This document shows, piece by piece, positions 12,982 to 26,164 of a stretch of DNA of 64,000 bases (position 1 is the first letter of the stretch; the number at the start of each line of letters is the position of its first letter). The notes under the pieces were generated by a model, which worked only from the letters and a program-made list of their open reading frames with translations, was not told the DNA's origin and did not search any database. This DNA is from Podarcis filfolensis (Eukaryota). The DNA lies in NCBI GenBank assembly GCA_964270895.1, contig OZ185450.1, one strand, 5' to 3'. A program made the position numbers and the translations under genes.

Positions 12982-13012
<31 letters not shown>
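12982..13012. repeat. (TG)n microsatellite; others: (TG)n(CG)n 49849-49878, (CA)n 52034-52059, (CT)n 63839-63868
   Basis: Seen directly. Confidence 0.95.
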
Positions 13013-13013
<1 letters not shown>

Positions 13014-14384
13014 AAGTTTGTGGTCTTTTCAGTACAGTGTGAAGACTTTGCTGCTTATTGAGCTTAATGGCAATTAATATTGGTTGGTTAGACTGTCTAC
13101 TTATTTTGACTTTTAAAAAACAAAATATTGAACTTGTTAGAATTCACCTGCTTATCTCTCAGTATGATATATGAGGGACTCCATTCTCCTATACAGACTT
13201 GCAGTTACTGCAGTATAGTCACTCACTGCAGTCTGCAGATGGAACCCTCCTGGTTGTACCATGAACCACAGAGATCAAATTGCTGGTTGGGCAAGGAAAT
13301 CCTTCTCCTTTGTGGCACCTACCACATGAAATGCTCTTCCCACTGAAATCAGGGAAATGCCAACCTTGGGGTGTTTCTGCCACTGATTTGAAGACATATC
13401 TGTTCATCTTTTCCCTGACCCTTAATATTACTAATACTGGCCATTGGGATGATTGTACTGATTATTTTTATTGGATTTGTTGCATTTTATTATTGTGTGA
13501 GCTGCTTTGGTATTTCTTTCTGTAAATGAAAAGTGGAATAGAAATCTTTTAATAAACAAACTGAAAAATCTACCCTCAGTGCCCTTCTGCATTCTACAGA
13601 GGAAAAGCCCATCTCTGTGCAAAAGAATAAGTGAACACAAATCTGACAGCAGAAATGACAGTATTCAAAAGCCATTGGGGGGGATATTTCTGTAAATGAC
13701 CTCAAAGTGCCCATCCTAAAGCAAAGGGACTTCAGAGGCAGATTAGCTTTCCAGTGCCAGAATTTCTGTCATCAAGTACACTTTGTGAATTACCCCTGTC
13801 AAGAATGTAATGATCACTGTCTATTTTTTTCTGCATTTCATTTTCCTTTGACCTTAGTTTTTACAGTCCCTCTCAATGGGGTATATGCATGTAAATATGT
13901 GTGTATCTACCTGTAACTTGGAGTAACACTTCATATGTTTGATGAGGTGGACTAAAGACAACAAATACTTATGCCAGAACCACAAAAGACTAACACAGCT
14001 GTTACTTGGGAAATGGTTAGAATTCTACTGATGTTTGATATTGCTTTGTTTGTAAGCTGCCTCATAGATCAAATGGTAGAAAAGCAGAATATTTTGCTGC
14101 CCTCAAAAACAGAAATGCTTTTGTAAATAAATACCGTGCCAAAATGTAGTTCATGATGAGTGCTTAGCTGCCCTGATTGAGGTGATCCTTAAACCAGAAG
14201 CCCTTTGTGTTTGTGAATTACTGTTTTCTGTTAGAGAAATTAACATACATGACATTTTGTTTTATATGGAAACTAATCTGCCAATAATAAAGAAATTCTG
14301 GTCACAAAGCCACTTAAGTGGTTACTGGATGAAGAGAAAGTGGGAGTAAAGAAATTCTTTAATAAGCAATCATAAAGTAAACTT

Positions 14385-14468
14385 GTGGAAGACAGGAGTG
14401 CCTGGCGTGCTCTGGTTCATGGGGTCACGAAGAGTCGGACACGACTAAACGACTAAACAACAACAAAC
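14385..14468 (+). mobile_element. RTE-BovB 3' end stub
   Basis: gacaggagtgcctggcgtgctctggttcatggggtcacgaagagtcggacacgactaaacgactaaacaacaacaa is the BovB 3' terminus; possible 7-bp TSD taaactt (14378-14384 and 14469-14475). Confidence 0.88.
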
Positions 14469-17400
14469 TAAACTTCTTGAAAAGCAACATAATTTATTTT
14501 CTCTTATTAAACATGTTGCTATAAATACAACGGGGTGTGTTCTGGATGTTCAGTTTTATAGCAAACAGTAAAATTTGTGACATGTACAAGTTGCGTGAAT
14601 CTACTTCTACTTTTCATAATACATTTTGTTAAGCATTCATGCTCCACTGAAAATTTAATATGGCAAGCATTCAGGAATCATGGATTTTTATCAGGCTTTG
14701 CCCACCACATTAAAACTTACCTTCAAAATATATGGGCTAGAAACTTAGGTCACATCCACAACTTACATTTAAAGCTCTTATACTGTTATAAGGGTAATGG
14801 AAAATCCTGGGAACTGAAGTTTGCTCAGGGTGCTGGTAATTGCAGGTCTGTGAGGTCAGCACCCTAAAACAAACTACATTTCCTAGGATTCTTTGCAGGA
14901 AGTCATGGCTGTTAAATTGATATGAGTGCTTTATGGTGAGGGTGTAACCTTGCTCTTTTAGAATTAAAAGCATTGGAGAATGTAACATATGGTTGACTTC
15001 AATTGCAAGTGTGAGTACGCTTTGCCCTCTATCACTAGCCAGAAGAGTGAGGACCACTGGGAGGTTGTACCCCCTCCATCCCAGAGTATCATGGCAAAGG
15101 GAGGACTAGCCTGGCCCTAGCCATCAGCCATATTTTCTTTCCATCTCCCTAATGGAAAGAACTCTACACCAACTACGAGGACCTGTGACTGCAGTTGTAT
15201 GAAGATGACACTGGCTTCCCTCTCTTACCAGAGCACTAAGGACCATTGAGTTAGTTTCACAGGTTCTATTCCAGCCAGAATATTCACAAGGGAAGGCCAG
15301 TGATCCTAGGTGTCTTCATTCTGGCAGTATCAAACTGTTGATTTTCCTCTACCCTTTTCTTCCTCTACCTTTTTCTTTTAGTCCCTTCTGCATGTGTGTC
15401 TCTCCCTTTGTAAAACTTTCTTTCATTTGTGCACAGTGCTTACCACCACATGCATTGTCTGATATGAACCATTTTTGGCAAGCAGGATTAAGAGCATATA
15501 GCCTTACTATGTAGCAACAAAAAACACAAAAGTCCACTTCAGACTGTTTATTTCATTGGATGGTTTCTTATGTGAATACAACTGATGTTTTGTAAACCAT
15601 GTTTCATTTAATACAACACTGATTTTTATAAATAAAGACAATCCTAGAAAATCAATACATTAAAGGGCGTGTATAGCATAGATATGTATATGGTCCACTG
15701 GATGACTTTTGAAATTTTTCTGTATACAAAGCCTGTGAAATAACTGGGTAAAGTTGATGATGATGAGTGTAGTTTCAACTACACTCTTTACATAAATAGA
15801 TGGTAGAAGGATTTGGCAGATAGCGAAAACACTGCTTCTCATCCTCTTAAAGTTCTCTAAATGTTTACTTCTCACATGCTGCTCAGGTGGTTCTACTACT
15901 GAATAAATGAAAAACAAGCAAATGCACAGTTATTTCCATCTGTATAGCTTGAACTCTAAAGGATCACAAATAAAAATGAACTAAATACCTTGGATTATTT
16001 ATGTGAGTTTTTCTCTTTTCAGTAAGAAAATTACCCAGCAAATGGTAATATAAAATGTTGAGTTCCTGCTGGTTGAGTATAGTTCACTTCTACATTGAAC
16101 ATTCTAATGCAGCAATTATATACCTCATTTTATGCCATTTTTAAAAAAAACCTTTCCTTACTAGACATGGAAAATAATTGACAGATTTGGTGCTAGCAAT
16201 ACCTCTGGAGTAAACAAAAACACTACAGGACACCTTTACACCCACCCACCCCTTTAGGCATGTTGTCCATCCTAAAATGACTTTCAGGTACCCCAGAACT
16301 GTATTGCAGCTGGAAACAGTTAGTGAAAAGTATGTAACTTTTTTTTAAAACAGAGTTGAAAATGTAAATGCAGCATGTTGAACACATGCAAAGACTTCAC
16401 TCCTAAAAACTGAATTCCCTTAAGCAACTTGGAGATCTCTTATGGCCTTCTTTGGTAAGGAAAGCAACATAGGGCTCATCCACACTTCTGCTTGTACTGT
16501 TCCTAGAAAGCACGGGTCTGAGTGGTTTTCCCCTTGCCCCACTGACAGAAAAGAAGTAGGCCTTCCCTCAAACGACCTTCAGTGTATCATTCACATGGCA
16601 CCATCTGTTTGGCTGTACCATATTACATCTTATTCATGCAATCTTTCTGGCCTCATCTTACTGTCCCATCAGAATGCTTCTATTCTGCAGGCATTTGACA
16701 TGGTTAATGAATTTAATATGGCAAACCCTTGTTTTAGATTACTTTTATCAGCTGTGTCAGCCTTTTTAGCTGTTCTTACATTTACGTATCTGAAAGCTGT
16801 CTTGAGTCCCTGTTAAGGAACAACAACAACAACAATGTTGTTGCTGCTGCTATATTGGTTTGCGGTAGTGCTAGGTTTGGATTTTCCTGTTTTTACCTAT
16901 TGTGTACTACTTTTACAACAGCAAATGCACTGGAAGGGCAGGTTAGAGTTTTCCTAGCACTGAGAGATGCTGAGGAGAAACTCAGGAGCTGGAAATGGAA
17001 CAAGACAGTTTCATACCTGAAAAACAGATGAAAAACAGTAGTAATAAATACCTAAATAGTATCCTCCAACATGTGCCGCTCCTTCCTCCTTGTTAGGAAT
17101 TCCTTGGTAGCTAAGTTATACAAATTTTGTATTTGCTTAAATAGCAGGTACAGCTTCATTTTGTATGATGGGATTCAATTAACCCACTAATATGTCTGTC
17201 AGGATCATATAAGTATGTGGAAATGGTACTGTAGCAATTATGGAATGAAGAAATAACCAACCTTATTTTTAGATTTTAAAAACTAACAAAAGCCAACTAG
17301 ACAAAAGACATCTGAGAGAATTTCCTTTTGTAAAACAGTTATCATATTTACACACTTGTAAATATTAAAAGATGAAAGATTGATACGATCTGTAGGAGGG

Positions 17401-17885
17401 GAGGGTGGTTATTGGTTTATTTTATTTTTGTTCATTTTAAAAATGTATTTTGTGTATTTAATCTTGTTTTTTATGCTGTGAACCACCCAAAGATCTATGT
17501 AGTGTACAGATTGAGTAAATCATAGTGTGGCCACCCCTGCTCTATCAAATAACATTCCTGTTAAGATATGACAGGTGTATGCTATCTACTTTCGAGAAAC
17601 CATTGAAGACATTTTTGTTCTGATAGATTTATTCAGGTGGATAATGGGTCTTTACTACAAGTGTTCACTTGTTAGGATTTTAGTATTCTTTTAAATGTAT
17701 TTGTTTTTGTGTTTTAAACAGTTTTTAATTTTCTTATGTGTAAGTCACATTGAGACAGTTATTTAGAAGGCTACAGTATTAATAAATGAATTGTAATAAT
17801 AATAACATGCCTATTCTTTTGCAGGCTCTTCAGTGATTCTCATTAATCTGAAGCTCTTTGCCACAACACTTTCTAACTTGGCACT

Positions 17886-17961
17886 ATGCATCCTGATCCT
17901 GGACCTTTACAAGAACTACTTTTTCTTATAGTTACCATTTGCTTCTCAAGTACAGCTTCAG
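17886..17961 (+). CDS. CDON: CDON exon 2 coding part: signal peptide MHPDPGPLQELLFLIVTICFSSTAS
   Basis: Acceptor ttcttttgcag|17825; ATG at 17886 with A at -3; no upstream ATG in the exon; donor G|gtaagt; 76 nt, phase 1. Absent from the ORF track. Confidence 0.93.
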
Positions 17962-18080
17962 GTAAGTTCACCTTCCTAAACTGTCATATATAGCTAATGT
18001 TCTCCTCCAGACATTTTGGTTGTTGATCTCTATTGCCATGACCCTATATTATGTGCTCCTCACTTGGGCACAACCTAACC

Positions 18081-18149
18081 ATTCAAACTGCCAACCTTCT
18101 GATCGGCCAGCTCCAGGCTCTGTGGTTTAACCCACAGTGCCACCCGTGT
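18081..18149 (-). mobile_element. Sauria SINE 5' head fragment in CDON intron 2
   Basis: ccaaccttctgatcggc...ggctctgtggtttaacccacagtgccacccg is the reverse complement of the head of the full copies. Confidence 0.8.
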
Positions 18150-18972
18150 GGATACATCCCATCAAAGACTGCCCACTAATATGGATTCTAAAGAGAGATA
18201 CAGTATACTTACAAGTAGCAGAAAAAGTGAACCACACGTGTGGATCTGTTCATATCAATGATACAGATGGATAAATTGGATCAGAAAGACCTTCCTGGAT
18301 ATAAGTACCTGAAGTGTCTGTTAATATCTGATAATCAAGCCAAAATATTATATTACTTTCTGTATTTAAAACTGAGTTTTTAAAAAATCAGTCTAAGGAT
18401 TTAGAATTAAACTCGATGATACCACATATGGTGATCAGAGGTCGTTGTATATTAAATAGTATGGCTTCACTGTAATGAAAACGGTTTCTGCATTGTCTAG
18501 CACTGTACTTGATTTTGAGAGTGGTAAAAATGCTCATATTGAGTTAAGGTTTAACTTCAAAATAGTTTTCTGTTCCAATCTGTAGTGCTTATGAGTAACA
18601 AATGCACAAATATTGAGGTTGGATATAAATTTAGAAATAGTATAAACTGGTGTGTATTTGTAGGAGATACGTTAAAAAAAAAATTCTATGGGATTCCCCC
18701 CGCCCCGCCATGATGCTGCCTATTGAAAATCCTGACACTATTTTATATTCTTTTGATTGTTGTGTTTTCTATATTGTACCTTTATTGCATATTTCTTTTG
18801 TATCAATATGTATTAAATGTTTTCCACTGCTTTGGGGGCCTTTGGGCTAAACTGCAGTACTGTATATATCCTGCAGCATACCAAATGTTTAGTCCACATT
18901 TTCATACATACTCAAAACTGCTAACAGCTAAAGGAATTGTTTGCACTGAGTGTGTGTGTCTTTCTTTTCTAG

Positions 18973-19245
18973 ACTTGATTCCTCACTTTGTTTCTGAGCC
19001 ACTTTCTACCATCCAGAAACCTGGTGCAACTGTAAAGCTTCATTGTACTGCTGAGCCCTCTACAGCTCATGTAGCTTGGCTATTCAATGGAGAGAAATTA
19101 CACAAGAAAGTGGAGCAAGTAGACTCACAGCCAGGATACCTTACAATCTTCTCCCTTAGCCCTTCAAATTCTGGTGTATATCAATGCATAGTCAATAACA
19201 GCATTGGTGCAATTATCAGCAGGCCTGCAACAGTATCTATTGCCT
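18973..19245 (+). CDS. CDON: CDON exon 3, Ig1 (DLIPHFVSEPLSTIQKPG...GVYQCIVNNSIGAIISRPATVSIA)
   Basis: tttcttttctag| acceptor, T|gtaagt donor, 273 nt; Ig C...W...YQC pattern. Confidence 0.96.
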
Positions 19246-21265
19246 GTAAGTTATACTTTTATTTATGGTAAAACTGAGCACATTATTCTTTTATAACGTT
19301 TCCTTTTATTTTGTCCATTTTTTTTTGTTTGCCACATCCATGAATTTAACATCTTGGAGGAATTTATGTGTCTTTAAACATGCCTTATTTGGGACAAAGG
19401 GGTGACCTCTGTGTTAGAAGCACATAGTAAAGCAAAGTATCTATTTTGTGTTTTTCTCTTGAAGTTAACTACATAATATAGAAAGAAACTATTACTAATT
19501 TCTTCCAGTAAAAATCAGTCCTCATATTGCAATTTATGAACAAGTTCTAGAAAGGGAGTTTGTGCTAAATGAAGAAATCTTTATCTGAAGGCCTACCCAA
19601 ACACCCCCTAGTTTTTAGGTAGATGGTGCAAGTTTGATCAGTTTTACCTGAATTGAAAGGGGAGGGGAACAAAGCTTGTTAATTCCATGGGAATTGCCAT
19701 AATTTACATTATAAACCATAATCAACTGTAAAAAAATTAGATTTTCAAATACAATTTTAAATGAAAGTTAAAAGATCTTAACAAAATCATCCCATGCTTA
19801 TATTTGTCTTTTGAAAACCTTTTCCCCTCTTGTTTTCAAAAGTATTTCCAACTTGAGGGTGATTTGGCTTTTGGGGATCAGAAGTAAGATGCTTGAATTG
19901 TCTTGTTAAGTCTGAGTTAAAGAATCTCCTTTATAAAGATGCTGTGTGTATGAAGCATATCCCAAATACCCATAAGAGAAAAGTTTCTCATAATTGAGAC
20001 GGGTAAGTGTTTTTGTAGAGTATTGACCCATAGCAGGATTCCCTTGAGAGCTTATAAAGGTCAGTTAGCACTGACAAACTCTACTGGTTGCAATAAATTG
20101 TGAATATATCTAAGTGTACTGTACCACTTGGAGGTGAAAATGGCAATGGTGGAACTACTGGTAGGTGAATTGGCATTTAAGTGAACTAGCAGCTCTGTAA
20201 CATAAGCTGAGAATTGTACAAAACAGTGGCCCAGTTCACACATCACATTAAACCATAGTTAAAAGAAACCAGTGTGGAGCAGCATGTTCATGCATGCTGC
20301 TGAAGTCATGGGCACTTCACTTCATCCTTGTCATGTTGTTCAAACCCAGTTGTTTTTCTACAAAGGAGCAAGATGTGGAAGCCAAGGTTATTTGGAGAGA
20401 AACAAACCACAAGAGTGGGTTCAGATAACATGACATACCAAATCATGGCTTATTTCCCAACAGTACAGCAGGAGCAGGGGAGGAAGAAGACATCTGTACT
20501 CTCAGCAGTATGCACCAGCAACTCTGCTCATTCAAACTCAGTCATAATTTGTTTTAACAATGGTTTAATGTGCTGTGCAAACCTAGCCTAGCCAATGAAA
20601 ACTGGCATGGCAGTACTGTACAACAGCACTATATTCCACACATTGTCGAATTGCTATTCTGCTATTCTAATTATCTTCCATTGCAGGAACAAAATGTACT
20701 CTGTTCTTGTTGCACGCCCTTTCTCTTGCATCTGATTTTATAACAGTACCCCACTAGTTCTTGCATTTTAGCCTTTCCTTTTAGCCTTACTGCAATATAA
20801 CTGAAGGGTTTTTTTAATGATACTTTGAATGAATTCATCCTACCTTTCATTTAGAATTGAAATTGTCTGGTTGCCCATATAGCATTGTTGAGGTCGAAAA
20901 GGTTAGAAGAATTTTTAGATGGTGCTCTTCAGGAGACAGTCAATACAGTAACAATGGAAATTCAGACTTAGATATATTCATCCCTGGCACATACGTGTGT
21001 GCACACACAGAGAGAGAGCTTGTAGAAAATAAACTTCAAATTGGGCTGTATGCTGGAACTTTAGTTTCTGTGCTTAGTAAAGTGGGAGGGGAAGGACACA
21101 CATGAACTTAAGGCTTTCCTTCATTGTTACTGCATTGACATTCTCTCCTGAGAAATATCCTCTGATCAGGACTTGAGCACCCCATTGTTATTAAACCCAA
21201 AACTTTGGAAGTAGATCCTGCTGTATTTTCTGAACCTTTAAAGAAAAAACTACGTTTTCTTCTAG

Positions 21266-21412
21266 ATCTTGATGATTTTGAGACCTCAGTGAGGAACACA
21301 ATTGTTGCGGAAGAAGGGAATACTGCTTTAATCAGTTGCAAGCCACCAAAAAGTAGTCCAGAGGCACATATTCGTTTCCGTGTACGAGGGAAATGGCTGG
21401 AACAATCAACAG
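21266..21412 (+). CDS. CDON: CDON exon 4, Ig2 N-half (YLDDFETSVRNTIVAEEG...RGKWLEQST)
   Basis: ttttcttctag| acceptor, G|gtgaga donor, 147 nt. Confidence 0.95.
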
Positions 21413-21693
21413 GTGAGACTCTGTGTAATAAAAAGATTTAAATGGCTGCAATCCAGTGCACCCTTACCAAGAAATAAGTCCCATGGAACTGCATAGAACT
21501 TATTTCTGGGTAGATATATATATAGAGGGATTTCACTTTCTGTCTGTTTCCTGACCATTAGGAATTGCTACAGTAATTTGAGCTTTGGTCATTACATTAT
21601 CTTTCTGTTTCAGTAAACACTGATTAATCTGCACACTTGAATAGAAAATCAATCCATAGCAACTAAATTAATAATAACCCAATTTTATTCTAG

Positions 21694-21837
21694 AAAACTA
21701 CCTAATTCTCCCATCTGGAAATCTGCAAATTTTGAATGTATCTTCAGATGACAAAGGATTCTATAAGTGTGCAGCATATAACCCAGTCACTGATGATCTT
21801 AAACATGAACCCAATGGACATAAGCTCATAATCAGCA
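21694..21837 (+). CDS. CDON: CDON exon 5, Ig2 C-half ([33 protein letters not shown]...)
   Basis: ttttattctag| acceptor, A|gtgagt donor, 144 nt; D.G.YKC Ig motif. Absent from the ORF track. Confidence 0.95.
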
Positions 21838-22143
21838 GTGAGTATTGAATGTGATAGGACTAAAATTGTTCCATGAAATCATAGGGCATAAACCACCAAG
21901 GACTACCACTGCAAGTTCCCTGAATCTCATACCTTGCACTTTGAAAAGTTCAGTTTAGAGGAAGCCCTGTCAAAGTATCCGGTACAATGCATAACCAGTT
22001 TTCCTTAACCATGGTTAAGCATTGAATCTAAATACCTAAATTATTATTATAGATGTGAAAACGTAATTTGGAGTGTGTTTGTAAATTGTAGTTAGTATTA
22101 ACCTTTTTTAAGAGTTGCATCTGCATCAAGCAGACCATTGCAA

Positions 22144-22315
22144 AGGGCCACAACTCATTGGCAGAGCATATGCTTTGCATGAAAAAGTTGGCCTCTCTAG
22201 GTAGGACCAAGAAATGCTCACACCTTGAAACCCTGGAGAGCTGCTGCCAGACATGATAAGCAATACTGAGCTAGATAAACCAATAGTCTGGCTTCGTGTA
22301 AGGTAGATTCTTATG
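22144..22315 (+). mobile_element. Old tRNA-derived SINE with LF-SINE/L2-type tail (Squam2-like; tentative); related copies ~27317-27518 and ~57607-57757
   Basis: Shared head gctca.tggcagagca.atgctttgcatg..gaagg and body ccctggagagc.gctgccagtc...taaggcagctt. Confidence 0.6.
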
Positions 22316-22630
22316 GTTAAAGCAGTTTGCAAGCAGAGAAATGAAGAAAGAAGGAAAAGTGATAAGCAGATCTTACTAATGTGTACTACTTAAGGTTTAG
22401 CTTGGCTATGCCTGGCAAATGTTTGGAAATTTAACCAGGCTGAAGGGAACAAACTACTGTACAATCAAATGTTACATCTTCATTCAGCCTAGGGTCAACA
22501 GTGGGTGGTTATGTTGGCATGTTTATAAAACGGTATAGAAACATAATGCCTTGGTGAGAATGTAGGAAGCCAGAGAGTTTTGAACACCCAGTTGAAAAGA
22601 ACTCATGTATCCTTTTCTCTCAATTTCTAG

Positions 22631-22918
22631 GCTCTTCCTCAGACAGCTTTCACATTGTTCATCCCACCACTTCTCAGACTTTGGCAGTACCTCAGCACAA
22701 TCCTTTGATGTTGGAATGTGTTGTTAGTGGGCTGTCTGTTTCTTATGTCCATTGGTATAAGGATGACCAAGATGTACTCACTAAAGGCAGGTGGAGAATG
22801 CTTCACTCTCATCTTATGATAGACTCGATTAATACGTCAGATGCTGGAAATTACTCCTGTGTGGTGGATAACAAGTCCGGAGTTGTGAAACATGTAAACT
22901 ACAGTATAAATGTACTTG
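22631..22918 (+). CDS. CDON: CDON exon 6, Ig3
   Basis: caatttctag| acceptor, G|gtaaga donor, 288 nt; LECVVSG...W.K...DAGNYSC. Confidence 0.95.
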
Positions 22919-23054
22919 GTAAGATATGCAGTGGCAAAATGCTTGATTGGCGAGTTTTTTTGAAGCAATAAATTTATGGTCCATGAGACATGCTATTGTG
23001 AAATTAACAGAATGAATGCAGCGTATCATATGTACATTTTCTTTTCCATTCTAG

Positions 23055-23324
23055 AATCACCATCAATTTCAAAAGGATTGCAAGATCAGTTAGTGTCCCT
23101 GGGTAAAAATATACATCTTTCCTGTGAAATACATGGAAACCCGACACCTAACCTCACCTGGTACCATAATGCAGCTCCTGTCCATCTTTCTTCACGGCAC
23201 TTTCCTTCAGGAAACAAGCTGAGAATTAATGGTTTCACCAGAGAAGATTCAGGGTTGTATCAGTGTTTAGTCAACAATGGCATTGGATTTGTGCAGTCTA
23301 CTGGGAGACTTCATTCCCAAGGAG
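23055..23324 (+). CDS. CDON: CDON exon 7, Ig4 (ESPSISKGLQDQLVSLG...DSGLYQC...)
   Basis: ttccattctag| acceptor, G|gtaaaa donor, 270 nt; preceded by a short 136-bp intron. Confidence 0.95.
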
Positions 23325-23986
23325 GTAAAAAAAATAAATCACATCAAACACCTTTCTGTTTATAAACTTCTGCTTTTCTTTTTGACATCTTTCAGTCTAG
23401 CATGAAAATAGCCTGTTGCTTCCTGGGATTATTCTCCTAAATTGTTCTGATCAACAAGTTATGCTTTAAAATGGTAGACCTCATTTCTTGTGTTACAAAG
23501 TAGGCTGTAGTCCACTGACCAAATATTAGCCAATTTTAATAGGCCACCTAGTGTGTGAGCTATGAAATTGTGACAGACTAAATTTATTTGCCTTAGTTTT
23601 GATGGTGTTGAGAGTGTTGTCAATGGTTTTGATGATGTTGCCAATTGAAACCAAATTCCAGCTGTAAACTTATATATGCAGAATCTCAAATAATAGAATT
23701 CTGATAATACATCTTGCTGATGTGTCAGTTTAGGGCGCATATTTGAAAGCTTTCAGTTTCTTTCTCTTCAGAATATTAAATATTCTTTTACTAGAGTAGT
23801 TAACAATCACAGCACCTGCATGAGTGGGTTCTGATGTGTTTGTGGCCCAAAGCAGTCTACGTAGCTTAGATGTCCATATATTACCCCCTGGCCCCCTTTA
23901 TGACTGTGCTGGCTTCGGGATATGCAAGAACAGTACTGTATTTTATTATAATATGAGTTTGTATCTTATATTTATATTTTTAATAG

Positions 23987-24343
23987 ACAGAGGCTTCAAG
24001 CCAACTATAACCTCGCTGCCAGCAAACAGCAGAGTAGCAGAAGGTGACACAGTCACGCTGTCCTGCAATGCCACTGGGTTGCCTCCACCTGCAATCCGTT
24101 GGTACAATAGTCATGGGCTGATTACCAGCCATCCTTCACAGGTGCTTTATTCAAAATCACGGAAGTCATCCTCCCAAGCAAGAACTGGCAACTCCATTTC
24201 AGACAGAACCTACTTCATCATGTCTCGCAGTGGATCAAGCTCCTTATATGTTCAGCCTGTTACATCAGAGCATGCTGGGAAATATACCTGTGAAGCAATT
24301 AATGAATATGGGACTGCTCGTTCCGAAGCTTTCCTTACCGTTG
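23987..24343 (+). CDS. CDON: CDON exon 8, Ig5 ([12 protein letters not shown]...[24 protein letters not shown])
   Basis: tttttaatag| acceptor, G|gtaagt donor, 357 nt. Confidence 0.94.
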
Positions 24344-25143
24344 GTAAGTGGCATCCAAGTTGCTGCTCCAATAGCGTGCAGATATTTTGGCTGAAGTACT
24401 GTCAGGATAACTTCTTTTTTAAAAAAATTGGATTTGGACAAATCATACGTCTAATGGATGGTCAGGAGCATCTGCCTGTTGCTGTTCATACATATTCTGC
24501 AATTTATCCTGCTTTGTTTCTGGCCAAGCAAACCCATGAATGGAAACCAGGGTTCTTGACTTAACAGTTGTGGTTGGTCTGGTGGAAATAAACGATGACT
24601 GTTAGTTCACACATAATGCTAAGCCAGGGCTGTGGTTTGTTTCCTCCTGGCGTGGAAAACACAGGAGCAGGGAAGGAGCAAAGTAAGGTATGACTAACTT
24701 GTGTGCCAGTGCACAGTGCTTGCTCACGTTAAATCTGAGTTTTATTTTAATTTTATATTTAATTATGCTTTTGTGTGTTGTGCAAACTGGCTCGCTGTGT
24801 ATTTCATATTTGTTGGTAAAGATCAAAAAGCAAAGCAATATTTTTTGTTCTGTAGGGCAGGGGTAGCCAAAATGATGCCCTTCAGGTGCTGTTGGATTAC
24901 AACTTCCATCATACCTAGCCATTGGCTATTGGCTGGAGCTGATGGTATTTGCAAACCAACAACATTGGAATCCATGCATATCTCCAGGGCTTTTTTTCAG
25001 CTGGAACTTGCCAGAACTCAGTTTCGGCATCTCTCAGGTAGACACCATTTCCCTTATAAGAGATTAAGGGAAGCGTTCGTGGAGAGTTCTGGTGCCTCTT
25101 TTTCTTTCACTGCTTATCTCTAACCTTCAACTTCCTTCTGTAG

Positions 25144-25436
25144 ATTCCTACGAAGCTAGTACAAAAGCAGAAGAAAGTGCTCCTGTGGAAATTGCCCAGA
25201 GTGATGAAGGAGATGGAGATTATGATTCCGATACGGGCCTTCAAAGTTCATCTCCAACAGAGATTCTTACTGAAGAAGTCGCTACAGAAAAAACATCCAG
25301 TGGCATTTCTCCACCAGAAGCTCCGATCATTCTCAGTCCTCCACAGACTCTTAAACCAGATCAGTACAATCTGGTATGGCGCCCTGGAAAAGATGGTGGT
25401 CAGCCAATTAATGCCTATTTTGTGAAATACCGCAAG
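25144..25436 (+). CDS. CDON: CDON exon 9, Ig5-FnIII linker and FnIII-1 N-half (...PEAPIILSPPQTLKPDQYNLVWRPGKDGGQPINAYFVKYRK)
   Basis: ttccttctgtag| acceptor, AAG|gtactt donor, 293 nt, phase 1 to 0. Confidence 0.93.
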
Positions 25437-25992
25437 GTACTTGTTCAAATTGCGTTATATTTGATAAACTTTGTGCTTCATTTTTTGAAAATTGGATGAG
25501 TTGGACTGCCATCATTTTTAGTAACAAACAGGGCTTATGTTACACACACACATACATGGTACAGAACTCTGGTATTTGATGATAATATTAGGCCAAAGAG
25601 AGATACATCCATCTGGATATGTAGGTAGCTATTTAGGAATGAAGAAGTTTCAGGTTCCTTTGCTACTGGCAACATGAAATAGAGCCTTGGGAGTTTCCAA
25701 TTTAACCTCCTTAAATACTGCCCAGAAGCTTGGGGAGAAAACCAGAAATCCTAACAAGATTAGGAAACTCCATGTCCCAATGCATTCAAGTCTCTGCTCC
25801 TAAAGCTTGCTCTAAGCTTTGCAGGAAAAGTCATTAAGAAAACTCTTTCACATCAGTTACTTGCTTTCACTTTCTTATAGTGAAATAACTAAGGTATTAG
25901 CTTATATTTAGACTTTTCTTTCTTGTTTTTAACTGCAGCAGATTCAGATAGCGGTTTATTTGCTCTTAGCCTCTTGTGATTCCTTTTTGCAG

Positions 25993-26164
25993 TTGGATGA
26001 TAATCTCAATGTTACCAACTGGAATACAGTTCGTGTCCCTGGAAGTGAAAATGAACTTTCTCTCTCAGAACTGGAACCTTCCAGTCTCTATGAGGTCTTG
26101 ATGGTAGCCAGAAATGTGGCCGGTGAAGGCCAGCCTTCCATGCTTACTTTCCGTACTAGCAAAG
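25993..26164 (+). CDS. CDON: CDON exon 10, FnIII-1 C-half ([22 protein letters not shown]...LTFRTSK)
   Basis: cctttttgcag| acceptor, G|gtaagt donor, 172 nt. Confidence 0.95.

Noticed and set aside
15190-15225. QLYEDDT resembling an RT YADD motif
   Set aside because: A single short motif without supporting upstream RT motifs.
16819-16850. (AAC)n followed by (GTT/GCT)n mini-hairpin
   Set aside because: Low-complexity microsatellite junction; no functional evidence.
1-17824. CDON promoter or first exon
   Set aside because: No CpG island or convincing exon is visible; the region reads as intron 1, with the promoter presumably upstream of the window.
18723-19271. 182-aa ORF as a standalone gene or longer exon
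   Set aside because: Only 18973-19245 is exon 3; the rest is AT-rich intronic read-through. The same applies to the ORF-track extensions around exons 4, 6-10, 12, 13, 15-17 and 19.
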